In this document: positions 36,990 to 50,212 of the stretch, in pieces
Layout: every line of letters begins with the position of its first letter
Numbering within the stretch: the stretch's first letter is position 1
Origin: Euprymna scolopes
Taxonomy: Eukaryota
DNA: 64,000 bases
Reading direction: 5' to 3' (one strand)
NCBI GenBank assembly: GCA_053919585.1
Contig: CM132792.1
The notes under the pieces: model-generated
Told to the model about the DNA's origin: nothing
Seen by the model: only the letters and a program-made list of their open reading frames with translations
The model's database searches: none
Made by a program: the position numbers and the translations under genes

Positions 36990-37846
36990 AAGTACTGTGG
37001 CATGGCCGACGCTGTATCACATCTCACTTTCGGCGAGAAACTTCTGGAACACACCGAGCGCTTCCCATATCTCGGAAGCCACTTGAAATCCAACACTAAC
37101 ATCCAAAACGAATGCGCCTAAAATGAGTCGGAGCAGACTAGGTCCCTATTCAAATCGGCGTGTTTCAAGATAGCGACATCCGGACAGACACCAACTTAGC
37201 TGTATACAAAGCTGTCCTGTATCCGACGTTTTTCCATGCCTCAGAGAGTTGGGCAACGTACTGTCGATACCACAAGGCGCTGAATAAGTTCCACAAACGC
37301 TGCCTGCAGACCATTCTGAATATCTCCTTGGAGTAACAAATACGCCAACCTCAGTGTCTATCAAGGAGTCAAAACCACCAGCATGGAAGGTGTAATCATT
37401 AGGAAGCAGTTGAGGTGGACGGGCCACCTCGTTAGGTTGTCGGATTCTTAGCGGCTGAAAAAAATATTCAAAGGGCAGCTAAAATAAGAAAAATGCACTC
37501 TAAGAGGCAAGCAGAAATAATATAAGGATCTTCTGAAAGCAGACCTAAGGAAGTGCGGTATTAACACATACACATGTAAGACCCAGACCAAGGATAGGCA
37601 AACTTGGTGACAGATCTACGTTAAAGGCACAGCTAGCTTCGACGTCAATCGACATGCAGACAGCAATGAGAAGAAAAAGAGAAAGGGGGGAAAAGAGAAG
37701 GACCTACTCAAGCTATCTTTTAAATGGAAATGGAGCTGTCTGCCCTTACTGTAAAGGGCAATTAAGGTGCCAGGAGTGAACTTATCAGCCACTTCTGCCC
37801 ACAATAAATTACGAACACGACAATCAACTATACTGCTGAAGATTTG

Positions 37847-37895
<49 letters not shown>
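36990..37895 (+). mobile_element. RTE-clade LINE 3' part with (GA)n tail
   Basis: FPYLGSHL, RVFQDSDIRTDT..VYKAVL, SESWATY..LNKFHKRCLQTILNIS, QLRWTGHLVRL, terminal CPYC..LISH knuckle. Confidence 0.9.
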
Positions 37896-37897
<2 letters not shown>

Positions 37898-39227
37898 ACA
37901 GAGAGGTTTGGTTACAAGAAACATTAACATAATTATAGAAAAGTTGGTGAATTATATATAATGCTTGTTGATGCTTGGCGAATCCACTATATCGAATACC
38001 TGAAATATTAATTCAAAATAATAAACATTACATCAATGCTGCAAGCATGGAATCATACCCACTTCCTACATCCACGCAGGTAGCCAAATATTAACATATG
38101 ATCAATTTTGATTAATGTTTTTTCTTGAAGTGAACAAAGAGGGTTCCTTTTTAGTTGTGATTTAGAAATTCGTCGTTTTTTTTCGTTTTTTTATTTTTGA
38201 AAATAATGTTCACTTCTCTAAATAAAGTATTATTGCATTGCTAATATGAAATATGTGCCCAAGTCATGAGACAATATTTCGAATCGGAAACATACCTCTA
38301 CATAAAGCAAAATAATGAATGAATTTGAAACAATTATGAATTCAAAAATTCAATTCGTAATAATTAAAAGCAAATTTATTACCATTGCTTGTGATCAAGT
38401 ATGACTAAGAAATGTAAAAAAATACTGGTGCATTTATCGTGTGAAATACAAGTAGCTTAAAATAGGAGATTCTGACATGACGTCTAGTGCGAGCAATAGA
38501 TCCACTTTGAACATTTTTACATATAGTTATTTAGTCGCATATTATTACTACTATATATGACAAATATATACTACATTGCTTCCAAAATTGGGGGAAACGA
38601 CTGTAATGTCAATAGAAAAACAAAGGAATTGATGCCAAAATACTCTTCATAAGGATAATTGAAGTACGCGGGATAATTGTCTCATGATAATGCACAGACA
38701 CCGCACTTATAAAAAAAACCAACATATAACAAGTAATTATTGTATAATATGCACAGAATAGTTTCTTCATCCAGATGAATTACACATAGATAGACAATAA
38801 CTTACTCTCAAATAGAAAACATATTAATTATATAAATAAATAAAAAAGTGTTTATCAATAGTCGGGTGTCGATCTAAAAATATTAACTAATAACCTCTTA
38901 TTTTTAACTCCAAAAAAGATGAAAGACTATGAAGACGGGATATGTACCATTAAAACGAACGATCTTTTGTGCGTCGGAGTTTCTACATAGTCATTGTTAT
39001 TCTCAATAATCTTGAGCCTGCACGATAGCCGTACATAGCACCCCGAACGCTCATTATAAAAAGATCAGCCCCCTACTTTGTAATTTGTAAAGTAGAGAGC
39101 TAAAAAACGAGAGTAGTATCCTTAAAACGAGCTATCTTTTGTACTCCAAAATTTATTTGGTTACATAGTAACCATCATTCTTAATGCGCCTTTGCAATCA
39201 AATCAATGAGGTATCCCTGCTTCTAAT

Positions 39228-39320
<93 letters not shown>

Positions 39321-40753
39321 CAGGGAGAAACAAAGAAAAACATGTGCTTCATCCAATAATTTATTGCCATCGAAATCGGTGAATGGCTCAATTTCTAATC
39401 CAATCGTTGGCTTGCTTATTCTGGTAAGGTGAAAAAAACTAGAGGACGCTTCACATGCTTCATCGCAGTCTACATTACACTGTAGAGAATCTACTGTAAG
39501 TTTTCTGAAACTATCTCTAAATAATGGCTTCAATTAAAGTTCAAAATGCAGATGTCAAGTGCCATAGTTCAGTAATGTTTCAAACAGAAACATAAATTTT
39601 GAACGATCCCCTTTCTCATCAACGAACAAACTGTGGATTTTATGAAATTATTTTTACATAATCAATTAAATTAAAGGTAAACGTAATAAATATAAGTAGC
39701 CTGGTTCAGTTTTCTACTCACATAAACCATCCATTTCGAATGCACCGCTGTCTTATAAAAGAATGTACTGTTGATTTTATAGGTTTCTGCTTTTGCAGTG
39801 GTGAAATGTACTTGTGATGGTAGGTTGTATAAAAGTGCTAAAAAATCGGACTTCCTTATTCACCGAATTTATTTAGGTATTGCTTTTCTATACTAATCAC
39901 ACGTATTTCGATACAAAACCAACGCGAAAATACAGTTATGGAAATTTCCAAAAATTCGATTCAGTTGTTTTTTTTTATTAGAAAACAAACTCATAAACAC
40001 ACAAACAACTTTCATTTCTTATAATAGTTGATATACAAGATTATATATAAATCACTAACTATTTTGCCAGTATCATTGTAGAATTTAACAACACTGCCTA
40101 CAACTCCCTTGGAACGTTTCACTTTTCTCTTTTAGTAAAAGTACAATAGTCTTAATCTAAATGTATTATGAAACCTTTTTGCTATTGTCGTATTCATCGA
40201 TTTTATCTTTAGAAGGCATTATTTTTTTTCTAACGACCAACCATCATTAAATAAGCGATATCTCATTTTTATTGGCGAAATCGTCTGTCAAGTTCTTTTT
40301 CAATCTCACTTTGTTTATGTTCTCTTTCACAGTTTTTTTTTTATTTTAGATTCAATAACAAACAGCACTTTGGTTTGTCAAGATACAAAAACACTTCCGA
40401 TGCAAAAAATATTAATGCCTTAGGCCATTACAATCAAAACAATACAATACAGACGTAAAAAAAAAGATAAAGTAAGTTTCACACTCGTCAAAAATTAAAT
40501 AATTAAATAGGAGTTTCTGCCATTACAGATTTCTATCAGTACCATTATTACAGAAAGGAGGGTGAGTTTCGCTAGATGGTTAACAAACGAACTGATTACC
40601 GGCTGTGGAGTGTTCCCCCCCCCGTTATTCCTGTATTGTATGACAGGATACTTATATTTTTTAATGTCGTGGGATTGTGTGTGACGTATTACTAATGTCT
40701 ATAGTGGGCTCTTCAGTATTTGAACCAGGTGTTCTTATCTATCTATCTATCTA

Positions 40754-40801
<48 letters not shown>

Positions 40802-40949
40802 GATATATATATATATATTTATTTCATGATTTTCTTGGGGGTACAAAACTTCGGAATTCATTTTATATATATAAAAAAAGGCCGAGAACAAAAGGAAAAT
40901 AGATAGCGACTAAAAAATAAAAGTAGGGAAATAAAAAAAAAAATCAAAA

Positions 40950-41800
40950 CGAGTCAAGTTACATGTTTCGCCCTTACTCATCAAAATTGGAATCGAGGGT
41001 TTTATTTTTAATACTTTGTTTTTCTTAATGATAAAATTAAAAAAAAGACGGGAGCAAGAGCAATCGTATGGGGATGAATTTTAGAGGCTGATCACGTTTA
41101 AACCCAACAAGCAGTCCTTTTGCTTACAGAGGGAGGGCTTCCTAAGGCAAACGTGGACAGTCTCCAAGACTTTTAGATGATATACGGATTGAGCTCGACT
41201 CAATACGGAGAAAGAGTCGATGCTGAAGTTCGTACACAATCCCGTATTTAATAAAGTGTTCAGTTATAGCGGATCCATATGTGTTGTTTACAGCGTCGGT
41301 TGGTATGACCATTCCATTCCTGATTTTGCTTGGTACATGTTGTAATATGCGACTTACCAATTTTAAAGACGTTCGACCTACGTAGTCGGCACCGCAACCA
41401 CATTTAAATGAATAAATGAGATTAATAATATGATGAGGGGATAGAACATTTTTTTTTATTGGAAGCCATTAATAGTGTTGTATTATACACAGCATCAGCA
41501 TTTGAAGCAAAATAACATCCTTCAACAGTTGAACTAATTTATTTGGAGAATTTTTCACTTACTTTCCCCAACCACGGCAATCCAAAATAAACCGGACATT
41601 TATCCACCATATTGGGTTTTGTTCGTAAAAACTCTTTTCATTTTAATAGTGGTTTCAATTACATCTAAAGAGTACCCATTATTGGACAACACATCCGTAA
41701 TTGTATTTAATACTTCATCCAATTTTTCTGGCGAGTAGATCATTAAGGCATGATGTGTTAATGTCCAAATTTAATTATATTTGCGCTTCTTAGGGCAGAA
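40950..41800 (-). mobile_element. Penelope/Poseidon-type PLE 3' part (GIY-YIG) with hammerhead remnant
   Basis: NGYSLDVI, KCPVY..LPLVG, NLIYSFKCGCGADYVGRTS..RILQHVP, SAITEH; hammerhead-like TTGATGAG..CGAAACATGTA at 40955-40989. Confidence 0.88.
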
Positions 41801-41802
41801 TG

Positions 41803-41850
<48 letters not shown>

Positions 41851-41973
41851 TAGCAAAATATCCAAAAATTAAGAATAATTGAATTTCAACACGAGTCCTT
41901 GATCGTGCTCAATCAAAGAAAGCAAATTATATTTTTATTCTCTGTGTAAATACAGTCAGATCTTGCTACAATG

Positions 41974-42010
41974 TGCAGACGGTTTCAATCATATTCGATT
42001 TCATCAGGCA
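41974..42010 (-). ncRNA. Minimal hammerhead motif
   Basis: Minus strand reads tgc-CTGATGA-AATCG(aata)TGATT-GAAAC-c-GTC-tgca. Confidence 0.65.
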
Positions 42011-42929
42011 AGAAAAATTAAAATACAAAAATTAGAAAGGGTCCAGACGTTTTCAAAATTTTGAGGAGAGAATTAATGGTATGAGTGGCAATGAAATTCT
42101 AACTTTATTTTTTTTTATTGACATTCATGGCATTTTGACAAGGATCCGTCACCTCTGATCAGCTAGTCACATATCTTTCGGTTCAACTTGATCGGTCACC
42201 TAGTTTGATGTATTTTTACATGTTTTGATAATATATCAAACCATACTTCCACGTCTCTTGCTTACTTCCAGTTAAATATATAGATAGATCAATAGATAGC
42301 TAGATCGATCGCTAGATAAATAACCGTCAATTTCTATTATGCTCAACCAACTATATAACGCCTGGTATTTTTCAAAAAACGAAATTTGACAAGATAAGAT
42401 ATAGGTAAAAATTATGCCAACAGTAAAATTATCTGATTGATAGGAAATACATGAACGGATTTTTAACAAAGGAAAGCACAGTTTTGTATGTTTTTTATTG
42501 AAAATTAAATGGCACATTGTAAGCGATAAAATACAAAAAAGAATACACCAGTTAAACAATAAGCTTCAACGAAAAGTATCTTGCACTTAAGCGCAAACAC
42601 ATATGCATAATTATTATTCTAGTTTTGACTAAATCTTATTGGAATGGTTCTTTTAGATTTAAGTAATGATTTTGTATATCTATGGAATTTGACAAACGCT
42701 TGCCGATCGTAATACTGCTTTTTTACGTATTTGTAGTTATGATCGATTTTCACTGTTTCTGTTTGGCAATTTCTCCATTACGAATCACCATATCTTATGC
42801 ATCCGAGAATTCTGTTATTGGCATTAGTTTTCCCGATGATGTTTTTGTTAGTATTTCTTCAAGAAGGACATTATACAGGTATGGAATAGACAATGTACAT
42901 ACGCAGATTAATGGCATACGTTCACCAAG

Positions 42930-43645
42930 AAGCGATCTAGGGGGAGCTAATGTCGAGAGCGAGAATTTTGACGACGACTAGGGAACAAAATACACGGTCA
43001 CCCAACAACAGCAACAGGGTCCAGAATATTCCTGTTAGTGTGATCTGTTTCAAATACAATGTTAAAGGCCACCTTGCAAAGGACTGCCGAAAACGCGGAA
43101 CACGGTATTACCGGTGCGGTGAGTGTGGACTCTGGGCTCGGAACTGCTCGAGAAACGAGCCAAGGGAGGTCGCATAAGCGCTAGTCTCCTTCCCCACCAA
43201 GATGTGAACACGACGCTCCCGGTGATACGCATTCATGTTGACGGGATGTGATATTTGGCGCTTATTGATACAGGGTGCGCTAGGACGATTTTACATGCAG
43301 ACCGGTGCCGGTCTTGGAGAAAAACGAACGTGAATATCAAAACGATTGGTGGAATATCCCATGCGTGCTGCGGTGTTGGAGCGGTCTCACTGATGAAGGT
43401 GTGCCCACTGATGAAGGTGTGTTTGCCAGAACCGATGTGTTAGTGGTGCGTGGCAACTCGCTGGGGTTTCTAGGGATCGACGCCATAAAAGCTCTGGGAG
43501 CTGTTGTTATTGAGCCTACAGGACCAGTGGGGCTGGGCGGAGGAAAAATATCAAATGCGTAGCCATTTCTATAAATGAAAAGGATTTCACCGCCACCTTT
43601 GACCATCCATACCGTACGTCGATCGCATCCTGGAAATGGTCTGAC
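42930..43645 (+). mobile_element. Internal fragment (gag knuckles, protease, start of RT) of the same Gypsy-like family
   Basis: CFKYNVKGHLAKDC, RCGECGLWARNC, ALIDTGC, LGIDAIKALG, DFTATFD..ASWKWSD. Confidence 0.9.
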
Positions 43646-44626
43646 AAAATTTTCGACCTATTATTTCGAAACAGCTCCACAGACCCACCACCTATGGTTT
43701 GCTATGTTTAGAAAATTATGCTGGCGAAGCTGAGGAAGAAGGGCCGAAAAAACTGTTTTCTGGACCAAATCTTTTTTTTAAATCCTCCGAATGCACTTAT
43801 GGGCATATTATGATTATTGAGATTGCATTTTTTAAAAAAAATTATGTGAGTGAACAGATGAAAACTGTAAAAGTTATCAAATGCATAATTATTGACGGCA
43901 TCGAAAACTACGACATTATTTTGTTTATTAAAGTACGATATGAAGCGAGTCAGTTACGTTTAAATGTGTAGTTACTCTATGAGTCTACTTTCTACTGAGG
44001 TAGAATAAAAAATGTATTGATTCCTTAGTCCTTTGCTTGGTATGTATATTAAAGTAAACCGATAGTCATAACAAAATATCAACCAGATAAGAACGTTCCT
44101 TTAAGGAGAAATCTATGAGCATCTCTTCGAAATTCCAATTTGAAACATAGTTAGGGATGCCATCTTTCATTCTCTACTAATATTTCACTGCTTTATGTTT
44201 ATTTTCTTAAGATATGTTGTAGTGAACTTCAATCAATGTCCCTTCATTAAAATATCCAAACACGTCTTGCTAATAACATTTTAAATACTTATTCCTTATT
44301 TCTGTGTTTACTTAAAATTAAATTGAATTCCTATGAGTAGAAGTGTTCTCGAAATATTTACCCGAATGTGGAACACAATGATATCGGTTTGTTCCCCAGC
44401 TTATAACTATTTACTCATGTTAAAGTTCAAGATTGTCAAATCATTGTTGTACTTGCTTACAACTATTATTACTAGTACTCACGTGGTTTCCTCACTACTT
44501 ATTTCACAAACTCATTAACCCTTATTCTCAAAAGTGATTTTGGCCTCAATTAACAATGACTCTTTATTATTGAAATAAACGAGATTTTACAACAAATAAA
44601 AAGGTTAAGACATATCTCATAGACAG

Positions 44627-44756
44627 TGTATCAGAAGTCTTTGTCTAACGCAACATCTGCCATCTTGGCCTCTTTTATTCTTTTTCTGTCTTTCAGCCTG
44701 CTGCCGAGACAGATTCTCGCCCGTTTCTGAGGTACGTCCACTCTATGCTTATCACA
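44627..44756 (-). repeat. 3' LTR with ~240-bp internal deletion
   Basis: Both ends match the 5' LTR; the junction falls at CAACA. Confidence 0.9.
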
Positions 44757-47538
44757 CTCCATCCTGATCTCATGATCACAGAAATGGCAATGGGTTGGTA
44801 ATCGCCGTCGCTGGGTGCTTTACCGAAAGGGAACCATGCATGCCTCTTCTTCGCTTAAGCTCTAGTCCGCGGACTGGAGGTTGAAGAATACTGCTTCCGC
44901 TTGGAGGCTACTGATATCAGAGTTATATTCTGAGTGAACTGATGTGAACCAGAGCGATGTATCACTGGTCCCTTCCTTGGAGTCAAACTCGCCCCTGTTG
45001 TTCACGGGTAGCCGCGATTGTGTTATCGGCCGTAGTCCTTAATGTGACGGAAGCACACCGTCGACACACTGCTTGCTTGCTGATCACTTCAGTGATTGCC
45101 CAAGTCCATACTAAGTAGAACATTTATGTCGCGGGTTTTGATCAACACAACACCCCCTTTTGGGGTCACGTTGTATAAATAAACTGCTTTAGACACCGCA
45201 CAGCCCGTTCTGCCGGCGATAGTCTTGACATTCCTGGTGTTCCGCTCAATAATCCCATTCCTTTAGGTACGTAGGCACATCGAAACCGCAGATGTACTCC
45301 TCAGCCATCGATAAACTTTCTGAATTGTTCACTGTTGAAAGCGGTACCGTTGTCAGTTAGTATCTCCGTTGGGGGGCCACGTTCGAGAAAGATGCCGTTT
45401 AGCTGACGGATTACTGCTGCCGGTGGAGCGGAAACCATATCGCAAACCAATATGGGCCGCATTCAATGAACGTTAGGTAATCCTCGGAGTTGGAGTGAGT
45501 AACATCTATCGCCAGTCGGCTTCAGTGGCTCTTTGCGTCCAGTTTTCCTTTTCCCCAGCGAACGGATGCCGGGTCAATGGATTGGCAAGGCACACAGCTG
45601 TCAACCACTCTTTTAACGTCTGCTTTTCGTACTTCAGGGTCATCCAGCTTATCAAAATACAAGGTTCGCTTGATCCCTGGATGTCCACTTTGGTGGTGGA
45701 CTTCATTGATTCAACCACACTGAGCAGAACACGGGGCTGCGGTGCAGGCCGGTTATATGGGTTCGATGGTTCTAGTGGTGTCAATCCATCTGCGGTGAAC
45801 TCTTGTTAAACAATCAGCCTTGTTCAGGTTGGATCTACCCAGTGAGATTTCCATTAACAGCGTATACTCTTTTTTATCCTCATGGGGGTATCGAACCGCC
45901 GTCGGATGAGCATCTCGCTCGTAGCTTTAGATCGTACTCTGGCTCTCCCCGTAAGGGTGTTCGAAATCCACTTGTCGACGCAAGCAGAATCTATAAACAG
46001 CCGAAGGGTAGTCGACTTCCAGAGGATCGCCAAGTTTTTCCCCTTGATGACGGCATCAAGCTCTGCCAGGTTTATATGCCGGGAGTCCCGTTCTGGGCGA
46101 AACTAGCAGGCATCTTCCACCACAGCTCCATCATGGACTATAGATACGGCCGCGGAAAGAGAGCTCGCTTCACCCCCACACTAAGGTCCCGGCTGTCGAC
46201 GCACTATCTGCCCCATGCAGGGTCCTCCTTGCGCACTCTGGTGAGGACTTCCTCCAGCATTGTGTTGAGAAGGGAATCGTGTACCACATCGTCCCATCCA
46301 GTGGGGCACTCAGACGCTCTCCTCTTTATGAACGCCACCGCAACACGGAGCCAGCCGCCCACAGGGAGGCGTCCAATCAATTTTGTGGTCAAGAAAATAC
46401 GTTTCTTCGTGTGACATCGTGGGGGATGTCTGAGACTTCATTTATCCGTTTCCAATGCAGGACGCTGTCTTCTCCCCAGACCTGTAAACCGATCACCCGT
46501 GCGCCATCATTTAGTCTCTCCAGCTCCTGACTGAGAAGTCCAAAGTTGCGAAGATTCTCCTCTACACGCGTCGCGGATACACCCCCTTCATTCACGTACA
46601 CTATATGCAGATTTTGCCTGCCTTATGCGCTCATCCTGAGCAAGAATGGCGTCAACGATCATTAGCCTAATTGATGGCGCCACGTTGAGTTCTAACCCCA
46701 TACGGGTTAAGCAGTATCTTTTCCCTTTAACCAGAACTGTCTGATAATAGATAGTGACTGGTGTACACGCACTTGAAGGTACGCCTTCCGAAGATCAAGC
46801 ACTCACACATTAGACTCTGTTACCGCCATTCCCATAATTTATCAGTACAAACGTCTGCGCGGGCCGTAAAGGAGTCCACTTGCTTGTTTAACTCCCTATA
46901 ATCGAGCACCGGCCTTACTTTTTGTTTTTTGGCTGGACGATTGCCATTAGTGGGATTAAACACTGGAGGCCCAATGCCTTCTCAAGATAAGGAACCAGTC
47001 ATCCATTGTCGATCCAGGTCTGTAGATCCGTATCATACTCTACGCGAGCTCCGGGGGAAATCTTGTACTCTGACACTCTACTGAACAAATTCTCTGGCGG
47101 TTGCTCGTCTGACCACTTCCAAGCCATAGTCAAGGACTTCGTGCACTGATGAAACTCCGCACGGAAATCAGAATTATCTAGGATGAGTGCCGCGCAAATG
47201 CACTCTTCGCGTTGGGAGAACATCACGTTCCCGGCTCCATTTATTACGACTCCGCCCAGCTGAACAATTGCGCCCATTCCTAGGAGTACATCGTAACCGA
47301 GTAGTTCCCTGTCCATAATCAGAGCTTGCACGGCTACTTCAGACCCGCTTCCGATGATAATGTGGATGCCACCTTCTCCGTAAGAGAACAACGAGCTCCC
47401 ACCTACAGTTAGCACCGGAGTTCTCGTCGTTTTCCAAGTGTCGCAACGTTATTTGCGCACAAGTGTCCACAAGCGCAAGGCATCTACACCCATTAACGCG
47501 TACGCTCACCGCAGATAGAGCCTTGTTTAATGACGAAC

Positions 47539-47584
47539 TGGGGAGAAGACTGGCGCTCTAACTTCCTTCCCCATCCCGTTTCCC
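47539..47584 (-). promoter_or_regulatory. Putative -1 ribosomal frameshift signal (gag-pol)
   Basis: In-frame G GGA AAC followed by stem TGGGGAAGGA..TCTTCTCCCCA; the protease lies in the -1 frame. Confidence 0.75.
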
Positions 47585-48247
47585 GGACAAGCGCGAACCA
47601 AGTGTCCCCGATTTGTGCATTTGTGACACTGCGGTCCGCAAGGCTTCAAGGTCGTGACCGCAACAAAAGGCAATCACAGGCCCACTGGTTTCGACCGCCG
47701 CATCTGAAGCAGTTAACACTTCTGGTGTTCTCGCTAGGTGTAGGCAGTGGAGTAGGTGCACATGCGGCCTCTCAAGGTTGAACTGTGGTGACGACCTCCT
47801 CACCTCTCGTATCCATCAGCACGGCACGAGCCCTCTCTAGCAGCTCTTTCAATGACAGCTCGTCCATTCGGGTTGAGGCTCGCAAAAGTCTCTTTGCATC
47901 GCATGGCAATCCATTTACGAAGGCTCCCTTTATCCAACACCATGGTGACATTTCACCTACCAGGCGTGGTAGCCGCTGACAACCCGTCAAAAACTCATCT
48001 ACGGTCTTCCCTGGCCGAAGGCGGAAGACAGTCAACTGCTCCAATGCCGTAAACGAATCCGTCCCGTAAGCCTTTAGAAGGGCACGCTTTATTTCCTCGC
48101 ACTACTCGCTCCACCTTGGTTACCTCGCACAGCTCACACTAACTCTACAGCCTCTAGCCATTCTACTATTAGAACGTCCGTCGCTGCGCCACTAAACTCG
48201 GGGATGAGTCGGAGGTCAAACTGTCTTATAACCATGATTAGAATACA

Positions 48248-48259
48248 ACCGGAATAGCT
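48248..48259 (-). promoter_or_regulatory. Non-canonical primer-binding site, complementary to tRNA-Phe nt 1-12
   Basis: AGCTATTCCGGT immediately after the LTR end ATACA pairs with GCCGAAAUAGCU with one mismatch and one G-U pair. Confidence 0.55.
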
Positions 48260-48632
48260 TGTATGAGAAGTCTTCGTCTAAAGCAAAGCAACACAACTTT
48301 TTTGTTAAAACGTCAATCAGAGGTTCGCTAGTCGCAAGTTGAGTCGAGTAGAGTTCGCTGTTCACACCACTAGATACACGTCGACGTTCTCTATTCGCAT
48401 GTCTTAAAGGATTCTCCCACTCCTCCCAGCAACTCGCCTTTTATAATGTTTCGGGCACACCCACTTTGCATATACCACACGAGACTGCTCGAGATCTACG
48501 CGTGACCGGAGGCTTTAAAAGACAACAGCTGCCACCTTAGCCTCTTTTTTTTCTTCTTTTGATGTCTTTCAGCCTGCTGCCGAGACAGATTCTCGCCCGT
48601 TTCTGAGGTAGGTCCTCTCTATGTCTAACACA
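48260..48632 (-). repeat. 5' LTR (373 bp)
   Basis: TGTG..TATAAAAGG..ATACA; homologous to 44627-44756. Confidence 0.92.
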
Positions 48633-50094
48633 GACAGATAACTAGAAATATAACATTGCCAATTTACAAAGTTTATGATATTGTGCCTTATATACAACAT
48701 TGTAACTCGTTCTGAAAAGACTCACTGTTTTTTAACACAAAGCATATTTGAATACGAGTAATATATTCACCCTCTAATCGATGAAAGTGTACACAGTATA
48801 TGCACCCTTGTTCTCGTGTGTGATCAGGTATAGATAAAATGCTCAAGCGCTGATGTACTTCATTGGATATTTAATTAATATATACAACATGGGCCATTTA
48901 TGTCCAGGGTGAGGGTGATGCAAAGAATTTAACATGGAAACGGTCATGTGAGAAGTTGCGAAAGAATGAGACACCGAAAATTGATAGATGTATTGATCGC
49001 GTTAAATTATGCTACATTGTAAATTGTCGCCTTACCCACACTTGGATTCTTGATTAAAACACGATAAATAATAAAATAAAAGCATCTGTTTACCGTAATG
49101 TTTACTAGTCTAACGACAGAAAGTCTTATAATTTCATCTCCTGATTTTGATTGGATTAGAAGAAAAACAGAAGAATCCTTGCCATAGATGCAAACAATCA
49201 AAGGAAAATAGATAACGAAATACATTTTATGTTTTTTCTATCATTTAATAAATTGTCTTAAAAGTGGTATGTTATTACAACGAGGATGCACTGTGCTTTC
49301 GTCTTTGTGGAGAAATAAGAGAATTGAAGGATAAGCTCTTATTGTATTTGAATTTTTCCATATTCAGTTTTTTTTTATTACTATTAAAAGTTACATCAAG
49401 TTTTCCAAGCTTTCCACTTGATCAAATCGATCAACTGGTTTCGAATCAATCGGGAAATTAAAAACTGGAAGACTAAAATACGTATATTACTTTTGATCGA
49501 ATAAAAGGCATGCTTCGAAAGCAAAACAAAGCTGTCAGTATGTGTCAAATCAACAGAGATTAGAGTAATCCCTTTCAACCATATTGACTAGATTTGCTAT
49601 AATTCAAGAATCGTAATAAAAAACAACCAATACATTTCTAACCGGAATAAAAGTTTGTGATTGTTTATTTATATTCCTTTCTCGAAAGGTAATATTTTTG
49701 ATCCGATGGTAATAGCAAATTGCGTGCTCCTTAATAAGTAGGGCCGTTGACTGCATCGATTTCGAATAGATGAAACGAATCTTTTGTAAAATTCCCAATC
49801 GAATATCCAGCCAGCGCAAAAGAAATTGGCAAAATACGGATTAGAGTAAAAATAATATATGATTAATTAGTAAACATGATCGAATCGCTTAATGTTATTC
49901 AACATCGATTAATGTTATTGAACACTTGCACAAACCATAGCCACTTCATAATCTGTTTTTATATCAATTTACACGCACAGCTGTGCACCATCACATAATT
50001 CGTTCAATGTGTCATTTATACTCTATTTTTCCCAGTCTAGCTTCAAACTAACTCTAACGCAGCAAATACTTATATTAACCCTTACCTTGAACAA

Positions 50095-50212
50095 ATATAA
50101 GGCACAATCACGTAGACGCCACAGTGCTTTTCCGATCGCCAACGTTAAGCAACACTGGGTCTAGCAAATACCAATCTGGTGACAATTTAGGACAACCAAA
50201 GCGCTGTATGTA
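50095..50212 (+). mobile_element. 5S rRNA-derived sequence (SINE3 head or 5S pseudogene), diverged
   Basis: GGCACAATCACG..TCCGATCGCCAACGTTAAGCAAC..GGTGAC..GCTGTA follows the 5S layout. Confidence 0.7.

Larger units (their letters stand above)
44627..48632 (-). mobile_element. Full-length decayed Gypsy-like LTR retrotransposon with 5-bp TSD
   Basis: TSD GACAG at 44622-44626 and 48633-48637; LTRs TGTG..ATACA; gag from ATG 48235 (MVIRQFDLRLIPEFSG); two CCHC knuckles; protease ALVDT; RT, RNase H, integrase; PPT AGGATGGAG. Confidence 0.95.
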
